Assembly (NCBI GenBank): GCA_016432445.1
Contig: CP066689.1
Location: forward strand, 720,001 to 752,000
Direction of reading: 5' to 3'
Length of the DNA: 32,000 nucleotides
Source: Candidatus Saccharimonadota bacterium
GTDB lineage: Bacteria; Patescibacteriota; Microgenomatia; UBA1406; GWC2-37-13
Both the position numbers and the translations under genes were made by a program. This document shows, in pieces, positions 24,208-32,000 of the stretch. How positions within the stretch are numbered: position 1 is the stretch's first letter; every line of letters begins with the position of its first letter. The notes under the pieces were generated by a model, which was not told where the DNA came from, did no database searches, and saw only the letters and a list, made by a program, of their open reading frames with translations.

Positions 24208-25371
24208 ATGAAAAAGATTTTATTCGGTATATTCTTGATTATATTTTTTTTAGCGGTAGGATTTTTTTTATTCAAAAATAAAGTGGGGGATATAAGACCA
24301 GCGGTCTTGCCAGTCAAACCACTGCCCACAAACAACACAAATATTACTCCTGCCAATCTGCCTTTAAAATTACCTTCACAATATACACTTGGATTATTTG
24401 CGGAAAATACCGGTAATGGAAGGGATTTAGAATTTTCACCTGGACAAACTTTGCTAGTCTCAATTACATCAGAAGGTGAAATAAAAGCTTTGCCTGATAA
24501 AAATCAGGACGGGAGAGCAGATTCAGTTAAAACTGTTCTTACAGGATTAAAAAATCCCCATGGAATTGCTTTTTATAACGGCAAACTTTATGTGGCCGAA
24601 GAAACAAAAATATCAAGATATAACTGGAACGAACAGAATTTAGAGGCAGTCTTTGATAAAACTCTTTTTAATATCCCTCAAGGTGGCCGTCACTTCTCCC
24701 GTTCACTCGCTTTTGATTCTAAAGGCAATCTTTACGTTACCGTCGGTTCAACCTGTGATGTCTGCCGGGAGAATCATCCTTGGCTTTCGGCTGTAATAGT
24801 ATCTGATGCTCAAGGAAATAATCCCCGTTTATTTGCCTCCGGATTAAGAAACAGTGTTTTTATCGCTGTTAATCCTGAAACCAATGAACTTTGGGGTACT
24901 GAGATGGGAAGAGATTTTTTAGGTGACAATGCCCCTCCCGATGAAATAAATATTATCAAAGATGGAGAAAACTATGGTTGGCCAAACTGCTATGGAGATA
25001 AAATTCCTGACGCAAATTTTAATCAAAATGCTAACTGTTCCAATACAGAACCGCCCGTTTATAGAATACAAGCGCACAGCGCCCCTTTGGGACTTGTTTT
25101 TATAAACTCTCCGCAGTTTCCGGCTGATTGGCAGGGAGATTTGCTTGTGGCTTATCACGGATCATGGAATAGATCATCTCCGGTGGGTTATAAAATTGTC
25201 CGCATGAATGTTGAAGGAAACCAGGTTTTAGAAGAAGAAGATTTCATAAGTGGATTTTTAGAAGAATCGCAAGTAATCGGCCGCCCGGTTGATTTAGTTT
25301 TTGATAAAAAAGGGAACTTATATATTTCCGATGACAAATCCGGTGCAGTTTATATCGTAACTATAAAATAA
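24208..25371 (+). CDS. PQQ-dependent sugar (sorbosone/glucose) dehydrogenase family beta-propeller protein
   Basis: N-terminal anchor. PHGIAF, GRHFSRSLAFDSKGNLYVTVGSTCDVC, ENYGWPNCYG, HSAPLGLVF and GNLYISDD are typical of this family. Confidence 0.8.
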   Translation: MKKILFGIFLIIFFLAVGFFLFKNKVGDIRPAVLPVKPLPTNNTNITPANLPLKLPSQYTLGLFAENTGNGRDLEFSPGQTLLVSITSEGEIKALPDKNQDGRADSVKTVLTGLKNPHGIAFYNGKLYVAEETKISRYNWNEQNLEAVFDKTLFNIPQGGRHFSRSLAFDSKGNLYVTVGSTCDVCRENHPWLSAVIVSDAQGNNPRLFASGLRNSVFIAVNPETNELWGTEMGRDFLGDNAPPDEINIIKDGENYGWPNCYGDKIPDANFNQNANCSNTEPPVYRIQAHSAPLGLVFINSPQFPADWQGDLLVAYHGSWNRSSPVGYKIVRMNVEGNQVLEEEDFISGFLEESQVIGRPVDLVFDKKGNLYISDDKSGAVYIVTIK

Positions 25372-25441
25372 AGGGTTTCTTACTTAAATTTTACAGATTT
25401 ATTACTGATCTATGAAATGAATTATCTAACATCTTAATGTT

Positions 25442-26269
25442 ATGAATATTTCGGATATTATCTGGTTTTTCTTAGTGATCATGTTTCTGTTTCCAATTTT
25501 TCAGCAGAGGCTTATTCAAGCCAGGCGTTTTCAGATGATGCGGGCCTTGGAAAAAAAAAGAAAAAGCCGCGTCATCACTTTAATACACCGACAGGAAACT
25601 TTATCTTTTTTGGGACTGCTTTTTACCAAATTTATAGATATTGAAGACTCTGAAGAAATATTGCGCGCTATCCGCTTTACTCCGGAAAATATGCCTATTG
25701 ATCTTATTATTCACACACCAGGCGGCTTAGTTATTGCCGCCGAACAAATTGCCCGCGCCTTATCTGCCCACAAGGCTAAAGTTACTGTCTTTGTGCCGCA
25801 TTTTGCAATGTCAGGAGGCACGTTGCTTGCGCTTTCCGCCGATGAGGTTGTAATGGATCCTCATGCCATCTTGGGCCGGCTTGATCCTCAGATTAATGGC
25901 ATGCCTGCCATATCGATAATCGGTGTTACTCACAGAAAAACCATAAATAAAATCGATGATAATACTTTAATCATGGCTGATATTTCCCAAAAAGCGATCA
26001 AGCAAATACACAGCTCTTTAGAGGAAATTCTTCCACAAAATCATTACTCCGATAAAATTACTAAAGAAATTATCTCGTCATTGGCATCAGGAGACAAAAC
26101 TCATGATAACTCTTTAACATTTGATGAAGCTTTAAAATTGGGACTGAGAGTCAGTAAAGACATGCCCAAAGAAATTTACGAATTACTAAGATTTTATGAA
26201 CAGAAAAACTTCGCTCAGCAAGCAGTTCAGTATGTCCCAGTTCCTTACAAAAAAAGAATGAGTCGCTAA
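25442..26269 (+). CDS. SDH-family Clp-fold serine protease (S49/ClpP-like, membrane-anchored)
   Basis: N-terminal TM. IIHTPGGLVIAAEQIARAL ... FVPHFAMSGGTLLALSADEVVMD matches the SDH_sah / periplasmic serine protease pattern. Confidence 0.75.
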   Translation: MNISDIIWFFLVIMFLFPIFQQRLIQARRFQMMRALEKKRKSRVITLIHRQETLSFLGLLFTKFIDIEDSEEILRAIRFTPENMPIDLIIHTPGGLVIAAEQIARALSAHKAKVTVFVPHFAMSGGTLLALSADEVVMDPHAILGRLDPQINGMPAISIIGVTHRKTINKIDDNTLIMADISQKAIKQIHSSLEEILPQNHYSDKITKEIISSLASGDKTHDNSLTFDEALKLGLRVSKDMPKEIYELLRFYEQKNFAQQAVQYVPVPYKKRMSR

Positions 26270-26283
26270 CTTTTCATTAATGC

Positions 26284-26312
26284 TTGACATCAAACTTCAA
26301 AAATGTTAAATT
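26284..26312 (+). promoter_or_regulatory. sigma70-like promoter TTGACA-17-TAAATT (with TGt extension)
   Basis: TTGACA at 26284-26289, TAAATT at 26307-26312 and TG at 26304-26305. A 41-nt leader containing a G8 tract follows before ATG 26354. Confidence 0.45.
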
Positions 26313-26353
26313 GATCGATATCCACTGGGGGGGGATTAGAAATTTAAATTAGT

Positions 26354-26845
26354 ATGAAAGGTTTAATTGCCGGGATAACAATTTTTTCTGTAATTATTAT
26401 TGTTGGCTCTTATTTTATTTTTTCTAGCGGTAACAAGCCGGTTAATCTATTAACGTATACTGCCGCCGATAAAGAAAAACCTCAAGTTCAGGTAAAAAAA
26501 ACTTCTTTTGATTTAGGCAACATGAAAGTTTCTGATGAAAAATCTAATGACTTTATTATTAAAAATACAGGTTCTAAGCCTTTACAGATCAGTAAAATCA
26601 CAACAAGCTGCAGCTGTACTTTTGCCAAGATTATATATGACGGCAAAGAAAGTAAGGAATTTAACATGCACTCAAAAGATAGTTACATTGCTGAGATTGC
26701 TCCCAACAAGGAAGCTAAATTAAAGGTGATCTATAGACCGTATATTATGCCCGTATACGGCCAGGTTGAAAGAGAAGCTTACCTCTCAACTAATGATCCT
26801 CAAAATCCTAAACTTGTTTTTAAAATCAAAGCTCAGGTAAAGTAA
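26354..26845 (+). CDS. DUF1573 domain protein (membrane-anchored)
   Basis: FDLGNMKVSDEKSNDFIIKNTGSKPLQISKITTSCSCT is the hallmark DUF1573 motif. N-terminal TM anchor. Confidence 0.8.
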   Translation: MKGLIAGITIFSVIIIVGSYFIFSSGNKPVNLLTYTAADKEKPQVQVKKTSFDLGNMKVSDEKSNDFIIKNTGSKPLQISKITTSCSCTFAKIIYDGKESKEFNMHSKDSYIAEIAPNKEAKLKVIYRPYIMPVYGQVEREAYLSTNDPQNPKLVFKIKAQVK

Positions 26846-26847
26846 AC

Positions 26848-27660
26848 ATGGACACTAATTTTCTATTTGGAATATCCTTAACCGCATCTTTTCTGGCCGG
26901 CGTACTAGCTTTATTTGCTCCCTGCTGTATTACTTTCCTTTTTCCTTCATACCTAGGAACAATCTTTAAAAATGGCCAAGTCAAAGTAATGTTTTACACT
27001 CTAATCTTTGCCCTAGGATTATCCTCCATATTAATTCCCATTGCTTTAGGTTTTAGATTTTTTGTTTTTTTTCTTGATGATTATCATAAGCAAATTTACT
27101 ATCTTGGAGCTATGATTCTAATATTAATGGGAGTAGCTACTTTGAAGCCTTTTTTTCACCTGCCTCAATTTTTCCATGTTCAGCCAAAACTAAATAAAAA
27201 CATTAATGCGGCTTCAGTCTTTGGACTTGGGCTTATGTCCGGTCTTACTTCTTCATGCTGTGCACCTGTCCTTTTTGCAGCAGTTACCTTAACTACTTTG
27301 TCACCTTCAATATTGCAGGCAATAATCGTTGCTTTAGCTTATGTCTTGGGAATTGTCTTTCCGTTATTTATTCTTTCAACAGTCTATAAAAAAACATCAA
27401 GTAAAATCTCAGGACCAAACCGTCAAAAAGTGTATAATATTTTCAAAATATTAGGAGCGGCCATATTTATTTCAACCGGACTCCTTATTGGTATATTTAA
27501 TTACTTTGATAAAATTCAGCCGGATCAGATGGAAGGGTACAGCGTGACGATCCGCCTTTTTATATTTGAAGTTGCCAAAAGATTCCAAAATCCTTTTTTT
27601 GATTTAGCAGTTTTTCTTTTTATTGTTTTTATCTTTTATAAATTAATAAAAAAATCATGA
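26848..27660 (+). CDS. CcdA/DsbD-family thiol-disulfide transporter membrane protein
   Basis: Six or more TM helices. Paired Cys motifs sit in pseudo-symmetric helices (LFAPCCITFLFP and TSSCCAPVLFAAV), as in the DsbD core. Confidence 0.65.
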   Translation: MDTNFLFGISLTASFLAGVLALFAPCCITFLFPSYLGTIFKNGQVKVMFYTLIFALGLSSILIPIALGFRFFVFFLDDYHKQIYYLGAMILILMGVATLKPFFHLPQFFHVQPKLNKNINAASVFGLGLMSGLTSSCCAPVLFAAVTLTTLSPSILQAIIVALAYVLGIVFPLFILSTVYKKTSSKISGPNRQKVYNIFKILGAAIFISTGLLIGIFNYFDKIQPDQMEGYSVTIRLFIFEVAKRFQNPFFDLAVFLFIVFIFYKLIKKS

Positions 27661-28601
27661 AAAAAATTCCTTCTAAACTTCGTAAGTTATTTAATAAATA
27701 TGCGATCCAATTAATAATGGCCAGTTTAGCCATAAATATAGTCTTGGGTCTTTATATCATTAAAAAAGAAAATACTTTAACAGGATCGGCAAAATCAGTA
27801 ACCAAAGTAGATCAAATTAAGGATAATCTTTTTGATGAGATTAATCCTGAAAAAGGATATGAGATCAAAGCCGTTTTTGGTGCCTTGGGTCCAAAAATGC
27901 TTTCTATGGGAGTTATTGATTACGATAAATTTAAAAGCGTTTATGAAAAATCAGGTCAACCTCTAACAGATGATCTCAACAATATTTTGACTAAAGAGTT
28001 AAATAAAAAAATTAAAATTACCCGGGAAAATTCTTATTTTTTGCTTAATTTTTTCTGGGCTGTAGGTCTAGCTAATAAATCAGCTATATTAACCAATGGA
28101 GACATGATTAAATATGGAGGAATCGAAAAAGCCGGTAACTTTGCCTCAACCGGAGGCTGGACTCTTGCCAAAGAAAATCCTATGAATTATTACTCTAAAG
28201 AAGAACTTATACCTCTCACCTCTGACCAAGCTAGTTTAGTTGAAAAAGTTGCCTCAAATATTTATCGTCCATGCTGTAATAACTCAACTGCCTTCCCTGA
28301 CTGTAATCACGGTATGGCTTTACTTGGCGTCCTTCAGCTTATGGCATCTCAAGGAGCTAACGAAAACCAAATGTTTGAAGCGGCAAAGTATTTTAATGCT
28401 TTCTGGTTTCCGGGAAATTATTATGATTTAGCTTTATATTTCAAAAACAAGGAAGGAAAAAATTTTAAGCAAATAGATCCTAAACTAATATTAAGTAAAG
28501 ATTATTCATCAGCTTCAGGATGGAAAAATACCAAAGTCTGGCTATCTGAACAAGGATTAATTCAAGAAGCTCCAAAACAAGGCGGAGGGTGTGGAGTATA
28601 A
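27657..28601 (+). CDS. membrane-anchored Cys-motif protein, unknown function
   Basis: ATGA overlap with the ccdA-like gene. N-terminal anchor. Cys cluster YRPCCNNSTAFPDCNHGMALLG and a C-terminal GGGCGV. Confidence 0.55.
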   Translation: MKKIPSKLRKLFNKYAIQLIMASLAINIVLGLYIIKKENTLTGSAKSVTKVDQIKDNLFDEINPEKGYEIKAVFGALGPKMLSMGVIDYDKFKSVYEKSGQPLTDDLNNILTKELNKKIKITRENSYFLLNFFWAVGLANKSAILTNGDMIKYGGIEKAGNFASTGGWTLAKENPMNYYSKEELIPLTSDQASLVEKVASNIYRPCCNNSTAFPDCNHGMALLGVLQLMASQGANENQMFEAAKYFNAFWFPGNYYDLALYFKNKEGKNFKQIDPKLILSKDYSSASGWKNTKVWLSEQGLIQEAPKQGGGCGV

Positions 28602-29603
28602 TTGGCATATCAGATGGGAAAGAATTTTTACGCGATTGGCCATATAGTCAATGACTTGGGACCTCCTCATCTTGGAGGCGGAGTACCTTATACTGGTGTA
28701 GCCGCTCAAAGACTAGGATTCAAAACGCATATTATCACCAAATGCCCTCCTAACCATCCTTACATTAAGGAATTGGAAAGCTATGGCATTATTGTCCACC
28801 GGCTTCCAGTTAGAAATCCTCAGTTTGAAAATAAAATCACCTCCGGTACAAATATTTACGATGACCAAGGAAACAGACAACAAATTAAATCGGAAATTCA
28901 AGAAGATATTACTGTTGAAGATCTTAAAAATTTTCCTAATATTTCCAGTGGGTCAGTTATCCTGGTTGCTGTAGATGTTGGCGAGGTTGATACGAAACTT
29001 TTCCCCATCCTTTGAGAATCAAACCATCTTGTAGTTACTCCTCAAGGCTATTTCCGCCACATTGACCCTGACGGAAAAGTAAATAGAGTCCCTTGGGCTA
29101 ATTTGGATGCTCTATCTCATGCTCACATCACTATATTAAGCGACGAAGACTTAAGCTTTGAAGGTAAGCCAATGGATCAAATGGCTCTAGACAGAATTAT
29201 AGGACTATCTCAGTATACAGTCTTAACCCGAAGTAAAAGCGGCTCTGATGTTTACGAAAGAAATAAAGGACTTATTGCTCATGCTAATATATTCAAACTT
29301 CAAGAAAATGAAGTAAAAGATCTGACTGGAGCCGGAGACACCTATGCGGCAGGGTTTATTTCCAGGTACGAAGAAACCGGTAATCTCAAAGAAGCAGCGG
29401 TTTTTGCTTCACTTTACTCAAGCTTAAAAATAATGACAATTCAAGGAGAAGGCAGCGGTATGAAAGCCGCCCCTAAACCGGAAACTATACAAGCTTTTGT
29501 TAACAATAATCCTGAGCGCTTTGCAGAATTTCTTAAAGATAATGAACTAACTTCTCTTCCAGTTCTTATTGAAGGAAATAACCGGCCTCAAGAAAAACGA
29601 TAA
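28602..29603 (+). pseudogene. PfkB/ribokinase-family carbohydrate kinase interrupted by one in-frame TGA (29013-29015)
   Basis: ORFs 28602..29015 and 29103..29603 are in the same frame. The 87 nt between them are open and protein-like (ESNHLVVTPQGYFRHIDPDGKVNRVPWAN). The N-half has GHIVND...GGGVPYTGVAAQRLG and the C-half has the anion-hole motif TGAGDTYAAGF. Confidence 0.7.
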
Positions 29604-29611
29604 AATAAACT

Positions 29612-31381
29612 TTAGCCTGCTATTATTTTCCCCGAAGGGAGCTTAATTGGATTATCATATTTATAAGGAATGCCCAGTTTTATGCAAAGCTCTGCTTTAG
29701 CCAGTTCCGTCCCAATAAAGATTGCATGATCTGTGCGGGAGATAAAGTTATAATGTTTTAGTTTATATAAAGCTTCTCTTGCGGTTTTAACATCAAACTC
29801 AAAAAGAAGTTTTCCAGATTTAGTGTCCTGAAGTTTTATTTTGATGATATTCTCAGCAACTGAAATATTAACTATGCCTCGCGGGTCAGAATCAAGATAA
29901 GGGTCAAAATACATGCGCGGATCTTTTTCCTGAATTTCATTAGCAACAAGCTCTTTTACGGCATCCCAATCACGTTGATAAATATGGGCCGACTCTGACT
30001 CAATAATGATGTAACCTGGAATATAACCAGTTTCCTTACAGATTTTTCCTAAAAGTTTGGCCACGCCGTAAAAATTATAAAACCACGCCCTTGCAATATC
30101 ATGACTCCGGGCAAAAACATGAACATTAATTTTTCCTCTTCTTACCGAGAAAGAGAGTTTGTTAATACAAGGACGGCCGCTTTCAAGTTTGGTATCGCGC
30201 CTCACATCCCAAAGCACCACCTCCTTATCCAAATCTGCAGGTTTTCGTTTTATTCTTTCTATTACATAAGCGATCTGATCGGTTGCGGGTATAAAAGCCT
30301 CAAGCATTATTTGCAATCTTTTTTTCTCAGACTTTATTTTTTTCTCAATTTTTTTAGTCAAAACTTTTGTGTCTCTTTTTTGTAATTGGGAATTTGACAT
30401 TATAAATTTTCTTGAAGAAAGATATCCTTTTTCTTTAAACAATCGCCAAACTGCCGAATCAATTTCTTTTAAGCGGGGTAACGCATACATTAATTCTGCA
30501 TATAAATAGGCATAATCACGGGGTCTTTCAAATAAATAAACATCCTCAAATATTTTTTTCCGGTATGAATCTGCTGAAAATTGTGTTTTGTAATAATTTT
30601 CTAAATTATGTTCTATAAAATTCAACGTTTTTGACTTAATCCACAGAGGGAGATAAATATCATCCGGGTTTTCATCCTCAACTACTACCACTGCTCCCCG
30701 TATTTCTTTTAAATCCTCTCCTCCGGTATCAATCTGTGCTTTTTCTCCATACTTCCAAATAGAATAAAGAAGCGAAAGATAAGCGTTAGCCCCTTTTTTT
30801 TCTCTTATTGTGTATGTGTATTCTTCAGATGGAAGCGTTTCTGAAGATTTAACAACAAACTCTGGAAAAATTACCGGCTTCATATAAGGTTTTTCTTCTT
30901 TAAAGGTCTTGCTAACAATCAGTTTTTCCTGGCCGCGTACATCATGAAGCCGGACATTTTTAAGAATTTTTTCCGTAACTGACAAATCTATCTCTTCAAC
31001 TAATTTGTAATCTGTTCCTAGAATTTGTTTATTTTGTTTTAAACCTTTCTGCCACAAAGATAAAAGAGTATTTTTTCCGGTAATCCCAATGTCCGTATTG
31101 CTTAATTTATCAGGACCCCAGACGACAAGGTTTTTAATATGAGGATTAAGAGCTAAGTTATAAAGAATAATATTGATGCCAAAGGCTGAGCGCAGATTTC
31201 CAATAATGGCAAACTCTTCTTTCAAATGAGGAAAGTGATCAGCCACTTTCTCGCGATCTTGCCAAACCACACACAATGCCGTTGTTTTTTTAGGATTACC
31301 AACAATAACAGGATATTCGTTGTATTTATATAAATTTAACCCTTCAATTGAAGAAAGATATGATTGATTCAGTGATGTCAT
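29612..31381 (-). CDS. thymidylate-synthase-like (ThyA fold) fusion protein with MtrA-like N-terminal and DUF4346-like C-terminal regions
   Basis: The ThyA core pattern RPCINKLSFSVRRGKINVHVFARSHDIARAWFYNFYGVAKLL...SAHIY aligns with PCH..QF.V..GKL....YQRS.D...G.PFN...Y.LL...GD.H.Y. The C-terminal HAIFIGTELAKAE resembles the DUF4346 motif. 589 aa. Confidence 0.6.
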   Translation of the reverse strand: MTSLNQSYLSSIEGLNLYKYNEYPVIVGNPKKTTALCVVWQDREKVADHFPHLKEEFAIIGNLRSAFGINIILYNLALNPHIKNLVVWGPDKLSNTDIGITGKNTLLSLWQKGLKQNKQILGTDYKLVEEIDLSVTEKILKNVRLHDVRGQEKLIVSKTFKEEKPYMKPVIFPEFVVKSSETLPSEEYTYTIREKKGANAYLSLLYSIWKYGEKAQIDTGGEDLKEIRGAVVVVEDENPDDIYLPLWIKSKTLNFIEHNLENYYKTQFSADSYRKKIFEDVYLFERPRDYAYLYAELMYALPRLKEIDSAVWRLFKEKGYLSSRKFIMSNSQLQKRDTKVLTKKIEKKIKSEKKRLQIMLEAFIPATDQIAYVIERIKRKPADLDKEVVLWDVRRDTKLESGRPCINKLSFSVRRGKINVHVFARSHDIARAWFYNFYGVAKLLGKICKETGYIPGYIIIESESAHIYQRDWDAVKELVANEIQEKDPRMYFDPYLDSDPRGIVNISVAENIIKIKLQDTKSGKLLFEFDVKTAREALYKLKHYNFISRTDHAIFIGTELAKAELCIKLGIPYKYDNPIKLPSGKIIAG

Positions 31382-31428
31382 TAATAATGCAGAGTATAAA
31401 TCAGCCCCATTTCCTTGTCAATCAAGAT

Positions 31429-32000
31429 TCAGCTTACATTCGGCCTTCCGCCAAATCTTCTGTCTCTAAAACTAAAATCAGCAAGAGATATTGCCAAATC
31501 TCTAGCTCCAAATTCTGGAAGAAAAACTTGGGGAAAACTATGTTCAGCGCCATTTATCCTCCAACCAAACTTCGAAGTCCTTTTTTCACCACCAGTTCTT
31601 ATCATCAACTCAATTTCTCCTACACCTTCAGGGTCAATAAATTTCATCGCTTCTTTTTCCAAATCTGAAGGTAACATAGAAATAACGGAATCAATCTCGC
31701 CGGATTGCTTCTTTGCTTCAATATACCTTTGAATACCTCTAAGATACTCCTGTTGCCCATCATAGTTAATGGCTACCGCTACTTTTTGACCCATATTGTT
31801 TGCTGTCACAGTCGTTGCATTATCAATTGCATTAAGCAATGCCTGATGTAGTCCAGCTCTTTCACCAAGATGAATAAACCGTCCATTGCCGGCTACTAAC
31901 TCCTCTTCCGTTGATTTTAAACTCTCTATCATAACTTCCATTATCCCTCTTATCTCTTCCACTGGACGTTTTTTTATATTATCAGGGGAAAGAGCCCAGA
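31429..32000 (-). CDS. uppS: isoprenyl transferase (undecaprenyl-diphosphate synthase), 5' end outside window
   Basis: LMIRTGGEKRTSKFGWRINGAEHSFPQVFLPEFG...FSFRDRRFGG matches the UppS C-terminal signature. The frame stays open upstream of the track's GTG to the window edge (WALSPDNIKKRPVEEIRGIM, cf. FS.ENW.R...EV..LM). Confidence 0.85.
   Translation of the reverse strand, partial: WALSPDNIKKRPVEEIRGIMEVMIESLKSTEEELVAGNGRFIHLGERAGLHQALLNAIDNATTVTANNMGQKVAVAINYDGQQEYLRGIQRYIEAKKQSGEIDSVISMLPSDLEKEAMKFIDPEGVGEIELMIRTGGEKRTSKFGWRINGAEHSFPQVFLPEFGARDLAISLADFSFRDRRFGGRPNVS

Noticed and set aside
28240-28974. Small ORFs 28240..28431(+), 28713..28901(-) and 28783..28974(+)
   Set aside because: All lie inside the Cys-motif protein or PfkB kinase frames, which have recognisable motifs. 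These are likely chance ORFs in AT-rich sequence.
29013-29015. The in-frame TGA in the PfkB kinase as evidence for an alternative genetic code (TGA as Gly or Trp) or selenocysteine
   Set aside because: TGA terminates several well-supported genes in the window (ends at 3122, 3504, 13641, 24151, 27660). I could not find a convincing SECIS-like hairpin right after the codon, and the context is not a redox-active Cys position.
30101-31732. ORFs 30101..30385(+), 31348..31668(+) and 31415..31732(+) antisense to the thyA-like and uppS genes
   Set aside because: The opposite-strand frames carry clear family signatures (ThyA core, UppS RRFGG tail). The plus-strand products are low-complexity Ser/Phe/Ile-rich.
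1-32000. CRISPR arrays, rRNA genes, transposases/IS elements
   Set aside because: I found no regularly spaced 25-40 bp direct repeats, no rRNA-like conserved stretches and no DDE or IS-type ORFs on reading both strands.

Overview
This is a 32-kb, gene-dense bacterial segment with low G+C (about one-third by eye). The gene repertoire looks like Candidate Phyla Radiation / Patescibacteria, which is an inference. Supporting traits are many small membrane and hypothetical proteins, a ThyA-DUF4346-type fusion, an SDH-type Clp-fold protease, a DUF1573/CcdA cassette and a GTCATTGCGAG-type palindromic element. TGA, TAA and TAG all terminate well-supported genes, so the code is standard. Layout: (1) 1-1150 is a visibly G+C-richer block of four small membrane-protein genes with strong Shine-Dalgarno sites. 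It ends at a GATC-rich iteron-like inverted repeat (1185-1281). (2) 1.3-6.5 kb is housekeeping: tRNA-Pro(CGG), a membrane-anchored winged-helix regulator followed by four helically phased TTGACTNA repeats, an HNH-like gene, rarA, a nested palindromic terminator, cysS and tRNA-His(GTG). (3) 6.5 to about 17.0/18.3 kb is an integrated element at tRNA-His. Its large serine recombinase ORF reads antisense into the tRNA. It also carries an XRE repressor, a replication-initiator-like wHTH protein, a DUF5659-like protein, Zn-ribbon proteins and a divergent cargo operon. At its distal end is a tightly packed four-gene cassette (two membrane proteins, a PD-x21-EVK nuclease-like protein, a DUF5677-like protein), which is my best candidate for an undescribed defence-type system. 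The right side carries two degenerate copies of the tRNA-His 3' end, each followed by a 77-nt structured trailer (68/77 identical). These copies bracket two GNAT genes. (4) 18.3-32 kb is ordinary chromosome: M23 peptidase, NUDIX, EEP nuclease/phosphatase, HD, GT2 plus GT-C-like glycosyltransferases, PQQ-type sugar dehydrogenase, SDH protease, a DUF1573-CcdA-Cys-motif cassette, a PfkB kinase interrupted by one in-frame TGA, a ThyA-like fusion protein and partial uppS. A recurrent TGnTAnAAT extended -10 element lies 6-8 nt before start codons, which suggests widespread leaderless transcription. No CRISPR array, rRNA or transposase was seen.
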